NCBI GenBank assembly: GCA_964440565.1
Contig: CAYTTB010000003.1
Location: 70,353-134,352 of the forward strand
Source of the DNA: an uncultured Thermoanaerobaculia bacterium
GTDB taxonomy: Bacteria; Acidobacteriota; Thermoanaerobaculia; Thermoanaerobaculales; Sulfomarinibacteraceae
Length of the DNA stretch: 64,000 nucleotides
Direction of reading: 5' to 3'
The notes under the pieces are model-generated. The model made no database searches. It was not told the origin of the DNA and saw nothing but the letters and a program-made list of their open reading frames with translations. Positions 54,978 through 63,815 of this stretch are shown here, in pieces (position 1 is the first letter of the stretch; every line of letters begins with the position of its first letter). The translations under genes and the position numbers were made by a program.

Positions 54978-55035
54978 TCTTCACGTTTCTTCAGGTTGCC
55001 TGCGGTCTTCTCGAGGTGTGCCTGTCATCTCTTCA
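54978..55035. promoter_or_regulatory. TCTTCA direct repeats in the divergent cpxR-like/cpxP-like control region
   Basis: TCTTCA at 54978, 54988 and 55030, plus TCTTCT at 55006. The first two are 10 bp apart, as expected for OmpR-family tandem sites. Confidence 0.3.
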
Positions 55036-55109
55036 CCCATCCCCGTCGTACAACGGGCGACGCGAGGGGGAACACCCCGAGCGGAACGGACGACCGAGGG
55101 AGGTGAACC

Positions 55110-55634
55110 ATGAGGCGAGGGACGACCACCACCGTGATGGCGGGAGCGCTGGCGGCGGCCATGGCCGCGGGGACGGCGCTCGCGGGGCCGGGCGGACCCG
55201 GCCGGCACGGGATGCACGGCCGGCGCGGGCCGCTCGTGGGTCTGCTGCGGGCGGTGCACCGGCTGGACCTCACCGAGGCGCAGCGGGAGAAAATCCGCGC
55301 CATCCTCGACGCGATCCGGCCGAAGCTCGAGACCGAGCGCCAGGCCCTGCGCGAGCTGCGCCGGCGCGCGATGGCCTCCGATCCGGCGAGCTTCGACGAG
55401 GCCGCGGTGCGGGCGCTGGCGCGCGAGCGCGCCAGGCACCGGGAGGAGATCGCGGTGACCGTCGCCAGGGCACGGGCCGACATCTTCCAGGTGCTCACGC
55501 CGGAGCAGCGGGAACGGCTCGAGGCGTGGCGGGCAGCCCGCGCCGAGCGGCGCCGGCGGATGCGCCAGTGCATGGAGGAGCTGGGGCCGCCCCCGTGGGC
55601 CGCGGACCCCGGGCCGGCGCCCGAGGCGCCGTGA
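55110..55634 (+). CDS. CpxP/Spy-family periplasmic protein
   Basis: Signal peptide, two LTxxQ motifs (LDLTEAQREKI, LTPEQRERL), helical and R/E-rich. Divergent from the RR/HK pair. Confidence 0.7.
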   Translation: MRRGTTTTVMAGALAAAMAAGTALAGPGGPGRHGMHGRRGPLVGLLRAVHRLDLTEAQREKIRAILDAIRPKLETERQALRELRRRAMASDPASFDEAAVRALARERARHREEIAVTVARARADIFQVLTPEQRERLEAWRAARAERRRRMRQCMEELGPPPWAADPGPAPEAP

Positions 55635-55650
55635 GCGGGGCCTTCCGTCG

Positions 55651-57069
55651 CTAGCCGCTCGCGCCCCGGCCCCCGCGCCGGGGCGTTCTGTTCGGGATCC
55701 GGGCGGTGACCGTGGTGCCGGCTCCGGGGGCGGTCACGATCTCGAGCGATCCGCCGTGGGCCTCGGCGATCCGGTGGGCGATGTACAGGCCGAGGCCGGT
55801 TCCGGCGCTGCCCTTCCCGGAGAAGAACGGGGTGGTGGCGGCGGCGGCCGTGGCCTCGTCCATGCCGGGCCCCGTGTCGCGGACCGCGAAGGCGACGCCG
55901 TCCTCCTCCGAACGGACGGTGACCACCACCTCGCCGCCCGCGTCGGCGACGGCGTCGAGGGCGTTCTCGAGCAGGTTGGCGAGCAGCGACTCGAGGGCGC
56001 GCGGGTCGGCCTCGAGGGCGACGGCGCCGGGATCCACCTCGAGGCGCAGGGAAACCCCGGCCTCCTCCGCGCGGTGCCGGAACCGGCGCACCGCCTCCTC
56101 GACGAGGCGGGCCGGGGAGAGGAGCCGGCGGTGCGGTTCCCGGTCCTTGGCGTGGTACAGGATGTCCAGCACCAGGGTGCGGATCCGGTCCACGTTGCGC
56201 CGCACCATCGCCCACCCCTCCTGGACGCGCCCGTCGTCGCCGCGCTCGAGACCGGTGCTCACGAGGTAGATGCCCCCGTCGAGCCCCGTCAGCACGCCCT
56301 TGACGTCATGGGCGATGCGGCCAACCAGCATGCCCAGCTCCTCCAGGCGGCCCTGCGCCTGGCGCAGCTCGGTGATGTCGGTGGACATCTCGATGACGCG
56401 TTCGGGAAGCTCCCCGGGACCGGGGAGAGGGGCGACGGTGACGAGCACCCGGCGGGGCTCGCCCGAGGCGGTCACCACGGTCTCCTCCGAGGTGTGCGGG
56501 AGGCCGTCGGCGAGGGTGGCGGCCACGGGGCAATCGAGGCATGGCTCGGTGCGCCGCTTGTACCACTCCCAGCAGCGGAGGCCGGGACGCTCCTCGGGCG
56601 CCCCGAACGTCTCGCGGGCGAGCCGGTTGGCGCGCAGGACGCGGAGGGCACGGTCCTGGACCGAGATGAAGCACGGGGCCTCCTCGAACAGCGCCTCGCA
56701 GGCGGCCTCGTCCCGGGAGACGGCGGCCCCCCTCACCTCCGTCAGGAGCACGCCCGCGGTGCGCCCGTCCTGGATCACGGGCCGCGCCTCCACCGCCACC
56801 GGGGCCGCCCTGCCGGGCAGCGGCTCGGTCCCCCGCACGGCGCGGCCCGTGGCCAGCGCGTCGCGGGCCGGGCACGCGGGACAGGGTTCCGCGCTGCCCC
56901 GGAGGTAGCGGTGGCACGGCACGCCGGCGGCAGGCCCCGCCGCCGCCTCGGTGGCGGGGTCCGCGGCCAGGACGCGGCGCTCGGGGTCGAGGAGGACGGC
57001 CGCCCGGCCGAGGGCGGCGAGCAGCGCCGCCGCCCCGATGGCGGGCGGCCGTCCCGGGGTGCCGGCCAT
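55651..57069 (-). CDS. Soluble histidine kinase with two Cys-rich PAS-like domains
   Basis: No TM helix. C-X10-C-X2-C-P occurs twice (CHRYLRGSAEPCPACP, CWEWYKRRTEPCLDCP). H-box RIAHDVKGVL, plus ENALDA, DTGPGM and GTGLGL. Confidence 0.85.
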   Translation of the reverse strand: MAGTPGRPPAIGAAALLAALGRAAVLLDPERRVLAADPATEAAAGPAAGVPCHRYLRGSAEPCPACPARDALATGRAVRGTEPLPGRAAPVAVEARPVIQDGRTAGVLLTEVRGAAVSRDEAACEALFEEAPCFISVQDRALRVLRANRLARETFGAPEERPGLRCWEWYKRRTEPCLDCPVAATLADGLPHTSEETVVTASGEPRRVLVTVAPLPGPGELPERVIEMSTDITELRQAQGRLEELGMLVGRIAHDVKGVLTGLDGGIYLVSTGLERGDDGRVQEGWAMVRRNVDRIRTLVLDILYHAKDREPHRRLLSPARLVEEAVRRFRHRAEEAGVSLRLEVDPGAVALEADPRALESLLANLLENALDAVADAGGEVVVTVRSEEDGVAFAVRDTGPGMDEATAAAATTPFFSGKGSAGTGLGLYIAHRIAEAHGGSLEIVTAPGAGTTVTARIPNRTPRRGGRGASG

Positions 57070-57072
57070 GGG

Positions 57073-58830
57073 CTAGCCCGCGGACACCGCGCTCTCCGGT
57101 GCCCTGGCCCGGTGGGCGGTCTCCAGGATTCGCCGCACGGTGAGCAGGAGCAGCTCGTGATGGATGGGCTTCTGAAGGTACCCCTCCGGGGCCGGGACCC
57201 GCCGCTGGTACATCAGGGTGCGGAAGTCCACCGCTCCGGTCACCACCACGACGGGGATCGAGGCGGTGGCGGCGTCCTCGCGGAGCCGCGCGAACAGGTC
57301 GGCGCCCGACCGGCCGGGCAGCGCGATGTCGAGGGTGATGAGGTCGGGCCGCTCGCGCCGTGCCAGGGCCAGCGCCTGGGCGGCGCTGCGCGCGGTGAGC
57401 GTACGCAGCCCGTGGTCCTCGAGCACCGTGGTGAGGTACGTGAGCGTGTCGCGGTCGTCCTCGACCACCAGGACCCGCCGGCCGCGGCACGCGGCGGGGA
57501 TGAGCTCCTGCGGTGCGACCTTGGACACGGGCAGGACCGTGGCGTCGGCGACGTACTCGCACACGTTGCGGACGGGGATGTTGATGTCGTAGTGCTTGAT
57601 GAGGTCGCCCAGCCCGTCCACGCAGTTGTGGCAGGCGGTGGCGACGGAGCGCGCGCCGGTGGCACGGATCTGGTCGGCCTTGACGCGGGCCACCTGCAGC
57701 CGGCGCTGGGCGTACTCCGACATGGACATGGCGCCGCCGCCGCCGGTGCAGCAGTAGTTCTCCTGACGGTTCGGGTGCATCTCGCGGAAGTCGAGGCAGG
57801 CGCGCTTGAGGAGGAACCGCGGCTCCTCGGTGATGCCGGCGGAGCGGGCCAGGTTGCACGGGTCGTGGTAGGTGACCGGCTCGGGGTTGGCGGTGGGGTC
57901 GAGGGTGATCCGGCCCTCGGTGACGTAGCGAACCATGGTCTCGAGGAAGCTCTCGATGGGGAACGGGAGGTCAACCTTGGCCCAGTTGGGGGCCTCCCAC
58001 TTGGTCGCGCGGAAGCCGTGGCCGCACTCCGAGATCACGACGCGCCGGACCCCGAGCTTCGCCGCCTGATCGTAGGCCAGCTTCCCCATGTGCGCCCCGA
58101 GGCGGTCGTCGCCCGAGAACAGGCCGAAGTTGGTGTTGTCCCAACCCACCGAGGGCATGGTCCAGTTCTCCCCGGCGGCGTGGAAGATCTTGGCCGCGGC
58201 CAGCAGCGACATGGGCGCGTACTTCACCTCGCGCGGGTTCACCAGGTACAGGACGTCGGCGCCCTCCCTGTCGATGGGGATGGCGGCCTCCGGGTCGCCG
58301 GTCTCGGCACGCAGCTCGTCCTGGAGCCACTCCAGGGTCTCCAGGTAGTCCTCCTGCGACACCCCCATCTGGTTGCCGGTCTCCCACTGGTCCCTGGCCA
58401 CGGCCTTGATCCCCTCCGGCGCGAACCCCTGCTCGAAGAGGGCGCCGCGGGCGAGGCGCATCACCAGCGCCGTGTCCACGCCGAAGGGGCAGGCCACCGT
58501 GCACCGGCGGCACATGGTGCAGGAGCCGTACACCACGTCCTGGAGGCGAGCGAGGTCGTCGTCGGTGGCGAGCGTGGCGCCGCCGACCCACCCCGGCGCC
58601 ACGCGTCCCAGCCAGTCCACGTGGTACTTGAAGATCTTGCGGACCTGGTCGGTCTTGGCGGCGGGGGTCATGGCGGGGTCGCCCGTGGCCAGGTAGTAGT
58701 GGCACGAGTCGTTGCACAGCCCGCAGTGGACGCAGGCGGCGAGCGAGAGAAGCGCCTGGCGGTTGATCCGGCTCGTGAAGGTCTTCACGACCGCCTCGGC
58801 GCGTGGGCTCGGTGTGGTTCGGTTCGCCAT
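57073..58830 (-). CDS. DsrK/HdrD/HmcF-like Fe-S CCG-domain oxidoreductase fused to a C-terminal receiver domain
   Basis: Contains CVHCGLCNDSCHYY, CTMCRRCTVACPFGVD, ECGHGF..HDPCNLAR and NYCCTGGGG..ACHNCVDG. The REC domain follows: VLVVEDD, ITLDIALPG, VVVVTG, LQKP. Confidence 0.88.
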   Translation of the reverse strand: MANRTTPSPRAEAVVKTFTSRINRQALLSLAACVHCGLCNDSCHYYLATGDPAMTPAAKTDQVRKIFKYHVDWLGRVAPGWVGGATLATDDDLARLQDVVYGSCTMCRRCTVACPFGVDTALVMRLARGALFEQGFAPEGIKAVARDQWETGNQMGVSQEDYLETLEWLQDELRAETGDPEAAIPIDREGADVLYLVNPREVKYAPMSLLAAAKIFHAAGENWTMPSVGWDNTNFGLFSGDDRLGAHMGKLAYDQAAKLGVRRVVISECGHGFRATKWEAPNWAKVDLPFPIESFLETMVRYVTEGRITLDPTANPEPVTYHDPCNLARSAGITEEPRFLLKRACLDFREMHPNRQENYCCTGGGGAMSMSEYAQRRLQVARVKADQIRATGARSVATACHNCVDGLGDLIKHYDINIPVRNVCEYVADATVLPVSKVAPQELIPAACRGRRVLVVEDDRDTLTYLTTVLEDHGLRTLTARSAAQALALARRERPDLITLDIALPGRSGADLFARLREDAATASIPVVVVTGAVDFRTLMYQRRVPAPEGYLQKPIHHELLLLTVRRILETAHRARAPESAVSAG

Positions 58831-58846
58831 GGTGTCCTCCCGGGGA

Positions 58847-59521
58847 TCAGGCGGCGTGACGCGGGACCGCCTTGGGCGGGTACACGCCGCGGTGGCCGAA
58901 GTGCTTGCCGATGTAGAAGCGGATGAACGGCCAGTAGATGTAATGAGAGATCTTGGAGAACGGGACGTACACGAGGAAGAACGCGGTGAGCGCGAAGAAC
59001 GCCACGATGGCCGGCTCGCTGGTCTGAGGAGCGGCGGCGATACCCGCCGCGAGCCACGCTGCCAGCATCGCGAGCGAGAAGTAGTCGTCGGGGGTCGAGA
59101 TGCGCCGCATCTCGGGCCGCACGATCCGCCGCACGAGGCGCACGAGCGCCGCGGCGAGCCCGAGAGCGAACACCGCCCGGAGGACCGCCACCGCCGCCGG
59201 CGAGGCGATGGCGTGCGGCCAGTAGGGCATGATGAAGGTCACCGCGATGGCGACGGCCACGGCCAGGTGGAACACCGCGAACTCCACCCACCGGAACCAG
59301 TGGACCCTGGTGCTCGGCAGCTCCCACGGCATGGCCAGGGTGGCGTACGCGTACCGGATCGCCGCGCCGTGGTCGCCGCGGGGCGGGGTGCGCTCCGCCG
59401 CGGCCGGACGCCGGAGGATCCAGCGGATCTTGAGAGCGTACACCGTGGCCATGAACGCCAGCGCGACGAGCTGGACCTCGTCCATGAGCACCTCGGTGAA
59501 CGGTGAGACGTGGATCGGCAT
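58847..59521 (-). CDS. NarI/DsrM/HmcE-like membrane cytochrome b subunit
   Basis: 224 aa with about 5 TM helices, conserved His in the helices, and VPFSKISHYIYWPF (compare DsrM FPFSKLVHMGG). Confidence 0.75.
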   Translation of the reverse strand: MPIHVSPFTEVLMDEVQLVALAFMATVYALKIRWILRRPAAAERTPPRGDHGAAIRYAYATLAMPWELPSTRVHWFRWVEFAVFHLAVAVAIAVTFIMPYWPHAIASPAAVAVLRAVFALGLAAALVRLVRRIVRPEMRRISTPDDYFSLAMLAAWLAAGIAAAPQTSEPAIVAFFALTAFFLVYVPFSKISHYIYWPFIRFYIGKHFGHRGVYPPKAVPRHAA

Positions 59522-59546
59522 CGAAGCTCCTCCCTTCGTCGGGCGT

Positions 59547-60026
59547 TCAGAGGGGGCCTCCCGGAGGGCTGACCACCGGCAGGCCGAGCCGCGCCACCTC
59601 CGCGGTGGTGCGGCGGATCCAGGCCGGATCCAGCAGATCGGCCAGGGTGAACCCGTGCAGCACCTCGGCGATCCGCCGGTCGATGAGGGCGTACACCAGC
59701 CGGCACTCGCAGTACGGCGACCTGAGGCAGGCGTCGGGGGTCTCGATGCAGTCCACCAGCGAGATGGGCCCGCTGGCTGCCTCGATGATCTCGCCGAGGG
59801 TGATCGCTCCCGGGTCGCGGGTGAGGCGGAAGCCGCCGCCCCGGCCCTGCACGCCGCGCAGCAGCCGCGCGTTGCGCAGTGCCAGCGCGAGCTGCTCCAG
59901 GTAGCCGCGGGAGATGTCGGTGCGGGCGGCCACGTCGCGCAGCGGGACCGGGCGGCCGTCGCGGCCGTTCTTGGCGATGTCCAGCATCATCCGGAGGGCG
60001 TAGCGGGCGCGGGTGTTGAGCCTCAC
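59547..60026 (-). CDS. Rrf2-family transcriptional regulator with Cys cluster
   Basis: Contains MRLNTRARYALRMMLDIA, the wHTH ISRGYLEQLALALR and VDCIETPDACLRSPYCEC. GTG start. Confidence 0.9.
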   Translation of the reverse strand: MRLNTRARYALRMMLDIAKNGRDGRPVPLRDVAARTDISRGYLEQLALALRNARLLRGVQGRGGGFRLTRDPGAITLGEIIEAASGPISLVDCIETPDACLRSPYCECRLVYALIDRRIAEVLHGFTLADLLDPAWIRRTTAEVARLGLPVVSPPGGPL

Positions 60027-60032
60027 GGCCCG

Positions 60033-60095
60033 AATATGCCGCCGGAAATATTAGTTGTCAAGTAGGAATACTCAGTTTATATCGATTCTCGATTC
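60033..60095. promoter_or_regulatory. AT-rich divergent control region with inverted and tandem repeats (probable Rrf2 operator and promoters)
   Basis: AATAT-N10-ATATT at 60033-60052, the imperfect palindrome ATATTAGTTG..CAGTTTATAT, and the tandem TCGATTC TCGATTC at 60082-60095. This is the most AT-rich stretch in the window. Confidence 0.4.
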
Positions 60096-60187
60096 CAGGG
60101 AACCACCGAGCTTGCGCGTTCCCCCCTCGGGCGCTAGATTGGGGAAAACAGCGGGGCGAGCGGGGGGGCGCCCGGCGAGGAGGCGCC

Positions 60188-60583
60188 ATGGCGCGACGGA
60201 TCGCGGTGGTGGTGGACGACGAGCCGGACGAGGCGACCTACCTGGCGACGGTGCTGCGCGATCACGGCTGGCGGGTCGAGGTGGCCCACGACGCCGCGGC
60301 GGGGCTCGAGGCGATCCGGAAGCTCCGGCCGGGCGTGGTGCTCCTCGACGTGATGATGCCGGACCGGGGCGGGTTGTCGGCGCTGGCCGAGATCCGCCGC
60401 GATCCGGGGCTCGCCGGTACCCGGGTCGTGCTGGTCACCGGGATCCAGGAGGGGCTGACGGCCGACTTCGGCGGGTTCCTGGAGCGCTTCCGGCGGCTGG
60501 GGCCGGACGGCTACCTGGAGAAGCCCGTCGCGCCGGAGGAGCTGCTCGAGGCGGTGGAGGGGGAGCCCGCCCCGGCGCGGTAG
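60188..60583 (+). CDS. Single-domain CheY-like response regulator
   Basis: Contains AVVVDDEPDE, VLLDVMMPD, VLVTG and LEKP. Confidence 0.88.
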   Translation: MARRIAVVVDDEPDEATYLATVLRDHGWRVEVAHDAAAGLEAIRKLRPGVVLLDVMMPDRGGLSALAEIRRDPGLAGTRVVLVTGIQEGLTADFGGFLERFRRLGPDGYLEKPVAPEELLEAVEGEPAPAR

Positions 60584-60612
60584 GCCCGCGCCGGGGCGCG
60601 GCCGCGCGTGGT

Positions 60613-61071
60613 TCAGGGCCGGAACCGGTTCTCCACCAGCGGCGCCGCGTCCGTCTGGGGGACGTGGCAGGAGACGCAGAGGTAGCGGCGGCCGTCGAGC
60701 GCGCCGTCCGCGAGGTGGCTGGCCGGGATCGCCGGGGCGCCCGCGTCGGCGGCGTTCTCGGCCACGTGGCAGCCCGTGCAGGCGTTCTCCTCGCGGGTGA
60801 TGGGCAGCATCCCGTCCACCGAGTGGGGGACGACCGGCGGCGCCTCCGGGTGGGCGGCGGGGCGCGGGGTGGCCTCGCCGGGCTCGGCGCTCACGGGGTG
60901 GGCCGGGACCACGCCCGGTGAGACGAGGACGTCCGCCGACCGCAGGCCGATCCGGGAGTCGGGGATCGGGGCGGGGCGGGGCGCGGCGGCGGGGGGCGCC
61001 GCCGGGGGCGGCGCGGCGGTGCAGGCGGCCAGGACCAGCAGGGCGGCGGTGGCGAGCGCGGCGCGGCTCAT
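60613..61071 (-). CDS. napB: NapB-like di-heme cytochrome c, predicted lipoprotein
   Basis: Two CxxCH motifs (CTGCH, CVSCH), lipobox LLVLAAC and a Pro/Ala-rich linker. The ATG overlaps the napA stop (ATGA). Confidence 0.8.
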   Translation of the reverse strand: MSRAALATAALLVLAACTAAPPPAAPPAAAPRPAPIPDSRIGLRSADVLVSPGVVPAHPVSAEPGEATPRPAAHPEAPPVVPHSVDGMLPITREENACTGCHVAENAADAGAPAIPASHLADGALDGRRYLCVSCHVPQTDAAPLVENRFRP

Positions 61072-63815
61072 GCGGCACCTCCCTCGGCGGCGCGGTCCGG
61101 GACCACCCGGACGGCGCACTTCTTGAAGTCGGTCTCCTTGGAGATGGGGCAGGTGGCGTCCAGCGTCACCTTGTTGATGATGACGTTCTCGTCGAACCAG
61201 GGGACGAAGACGAGCCCGCGCGGCACGCGGTTGCGGCCGCCGGTGCGGATCACGGCCCGGACCCTCCCGCGGCGGGACTCGACCCAGGCCGGGTCGCCGT
61301 CGGCCAGCCCCCGCGCCCGGGCGTCCTCGGGGTGCATCCAGATCACCGCGTGCGGGAACGCCGCGTTGAGCTCCGGCACCCGCCGGGTCATGGTGCCGGT
61401 GTGCCAGTGCTCCAGCACCCTGCCGGTGCACAGCCACAGGTCGTAGCGATCGTCCGGACTCTCCGCCGGGGCGGCGTACGGGCGGAAGAAGATCTTGGCC
61501 TTGCCCGCCACCGACACCTTCTCGGGCCCCGAGGGGCCGGCGAGGGTGCCGCGCGGGACCCTCTTGAGGGCGGGGCCGTAGAACTCGAACCCCTTGCCCT
61601 TGCCGACGTACGGGTCGTACGCCTCGTTGAACCGCCAGCGGGTCTCCGTGCCGTTCACCACCGGCCAGCGGAGCCCCCGGACGTCGTCGCGGTAGTAGGT
61701 GTCGAAGGGCGCCAGGTCGTGCCCGTGGCCGAGCCCGAACCTCCGGTACTCCTCGAACAGCGCCTTCTCCGGGAACCAGTCGATCCCGGCGGCCTCCACG
61801 GTGGCGTTGCGGCGGCCCCTGGCCACCGGGTCAGGCCACCGGTGCGAGCGCGCCTCGGGGGTGGCGAAGAGGACGTCGTACAGGGTGTCGTCGGGCGAGT
61901 ACCCCATCCGGCGCGCCGCCTCCAGCACGTCGGGCAGCCCTCCCTCGAGGCCCGGCACGCGCTGGGCGCCCCACACCTCGCGGAGCCGGAACCGCTTGGC
62001 GAACTCCATGATCTGCCACAGGTCGGTCCGCGCCTCGCCGGGCGGGTCGATCACCTGCCGCCACGCCTGGGTGCGGCGCTCGGTGTTCCCGTAGAGTCCC
62101 CACTTCTCGAAGTGCATCGCCGAGGGGAGGATCAGATCGGCCACCTTGCACGAGAAGGTGGGGTACACGTCGGAGACCACGATGAACACGTCGCGCTCGC
62201 GCGCCGCCCTGAGCCAGTGGTTGGCGTTGGCGGTGGACTGGAACGGGTTGGTGACCTGGACCCAGAGCCAGCGGATCGTCCCGTCCTCGATGTCGCGCAT
62301 CATCTTGGTGATGTGGCTGCCCACCTTGGGGTTGAGGGTCCCCGAGGGGAGCCGCCAGATCTCCTCCGCCCGCCGCCGGTGCTCGGGGTTGGCCACCACC
62401 ATGTCCGCCGGCAGCCGGTGGGCGAAGGTTCCCACCTCGCGCGCGGTGCCGCACGCCGAGGGCTGGCCGGTGAGCGAGAACGCGCTGCAGCCGGGACGCG
62501 CGTACTTGCCCGTGAGCAGGTGGACCATGTACGCCTGCTCGTTGACCCAGGTGCCGCGGGTGTGCTGGTTGAACCCCATGGTCCAGAACGAGACGATCTT
62601 CCGCTTCGGGTCGGCGTACAGGTCGGCGAGGGTCTCGAGCTTCTTCCGGAACCGCTCGAGCGGCTCGTCGGGGTCGCCCTTGGCCAGCCGTGAGACGAAC
62701 TCCAACGTGTACGGCTCGAGCGCCCGCTTCAGGTCCTCGAGCTCGATGAGCCAGTGGGCGCCGGCCTTCCCCCGGTGGCGCTGCTCCACGACGTGGGCGG
62801 CGTCGGGGTCGAGCCCCTGGGCGATGGCCTCCTCCCGGGTCAGACGGACGCGGCGCTCGCGCTCGAGCGTGTCCCGCTCCTCGGGGAACGCCCTGGAGGC
62901 ATCGGCCCGCATCCCGTACCCGATGTCCGTGGGCCCCGTGGCGAGGACGCAGTGGCGGCGGACGAACTCCCAGTCCACCGCGTCGCGGGCGATGATCTCG
63001 CGAGCGATGTAGTTCCAGATGGCGAGGTCGGTCTGGGGCCGGATCACGAGCTCGAGATCGGCGCCGTCCGAGGTGCGGTTGGAGTAGGTGGTGAGGTTCA
63101 CCACCCGCACATGGGGGTTGGCCAGCCGGTGAGCCACGACCCGTGACCACAGCATCGGGTGCATCTCGGCCATGTTGGAGCCCCAGGTGACGATGGCGTC
63201 GGTGAGCTCGATGTCGTCGTAGCACCCGGCGGGCTCGTCGATGCCGAACACCTGGATGAACGCCGCCACCGCCGAGGCCATGCAGTGGCGGGCGTTGGGA
63301 TCGATGTTGTTGGAGCGCCATCCGGCCTTGACCAGCTTCACCGCGGCGTATCCCTCCGGGATGGTGTACTGGCCCGAGCCCATGATCGCGACACCGGTGG
63401 GCCCCAGCTCGCGGTAGACGCGCTTGAACTGGCACTCCATCTCGTCGAAGGCGCGCTCCCAGGAGACCGGGGTGAACTCGCCCTCGGGGTGGTAGCGTCC
63501 GTCCTTCATCCGGAGCAGCGGCCGGGTCAGCCGGTCGGCACCGTAATGGATCTCGGGGTTGGCGTACCCCTTCACGCAGAGCAGCCCGCGGTTGACGGGG
63601 CTCTCGGGATCGCCCTTCACCGCCACCACCCGCCCGTCGCGGACCGCGACCTGGATCCCGCAGCCCACCCCGCAGAAGCGGCACACACCCTTCTCCCAGC
63701 TCGCCCCCGCCGCGGGATCCTCGGCCCGGACGGGGAGCGGGATCCTCACCGCGGCGGCGGTGGCGGCGGCCACGCCGCCCACGATCACCTCGCGCCGTGA
63801 CAGTCCGTCTCGCAT
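61068..63815 (-). CDS. napA: Periplasmic nitrate reductase catalytic subunit
   Basis: Tat signal SRREVIVGG and the 4Fe-4S motif CRFCGVGCG. Also [15 protein letters not shown] and a Mo-bisMGD enzyme layout. RBS AAGGAGGG. Confidence 0.93.
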   Translation of the reverse strand: MRDGLSRREVIVGGVAAATAAAVRIPLPVRAEDPAAGASWEKGVCRFCGVGCGIQVAVRDGRVVAVKGDPESPVNRGLLCVKGYANPEIHYGADRLTRPLLRMKDGRYHPEGEFTPVSWERAFDEMECQFKRVYRELGPTGVAIMGSGQYTIPEGYAAVKLVKAGWRSNNIDPNARHCMASAVAAFIQVFGIDEPAGCYDDIELTDAIVTWGSNMAEMHPMLWSRVVAHRLANPHVRVVNLTTYSNRTSDGADLELVIRPQTDLAIWNYIAREIIARDAVDWEFVRRHCVLATGPTDIGYGMRADASRAFPEERDTLERERRVRLTREEAIAQGLDPDAAHVVEQRHRGKAGAHWLIELEDLKRALEPYTLEFVSRLAKGDPDEPLERFRKKLETLADLYADPKRKIVSFWTMGFNQHTRGTWVNEQAYMVHLLTGKYARPGCSAFSLTGQPSACGTAREVGTFAHRLPADMVVANPEHRRRAEEIWRLPSGTLNPKVGSHITKMMRDIEDGTIRWLWVQVTNPFQSTANANHWLRAARERDVFIVVSDVYPTFSCKVADLILPSAMHFEKWGLYGNTERRTQAWRQVIDPPGEARTDLWQIMEFAKRFRLREVWGAQRVPGLEGGLPDVLEAARRMGYSPDDTLYDVLFATPEARSHRWPDPVARGRRNATVEAAGIDWFPEKALFEEYRRFGLGHGHDLAPFDTYYRDDVRGLRWPVVNGTETRWRFNEAYDPYVGKGKGFEFYGPALKRVPRGTLAGPSGPEKVSVAGKAKIFFRPYAAPAESPDDRYDLWLCTGRVLEHWHTGTMTRRVPELNAAFPHAVIWMHPEDARARGLADGDPAWVESRRGRVRAVIRTGGRNRVPRGLVFVPWFDENVIINKVTLDATCPISKETDFKKCAVRVVPDRAAEGGAA

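Noticed and set aside
54937-54984. GTG 54984 as the start of the OmpR-family regulator.
   Set aside because: It would add 16 residues before the receiver and place the start inside the first TCTTCA box. GTG 54936 gives the canonical family N-terminus (VTRILIVDDD). This remains uncertain.
60095-60116. Sigma-54-like element (GGGAACCACCGAGCTTGCG) upstream of the lone CheY gene.
   Set aside because: The GG-to-GC spacing is off by about 3 nt relative to TGGCAC-N5-TTGC, and the -24 box is poor.
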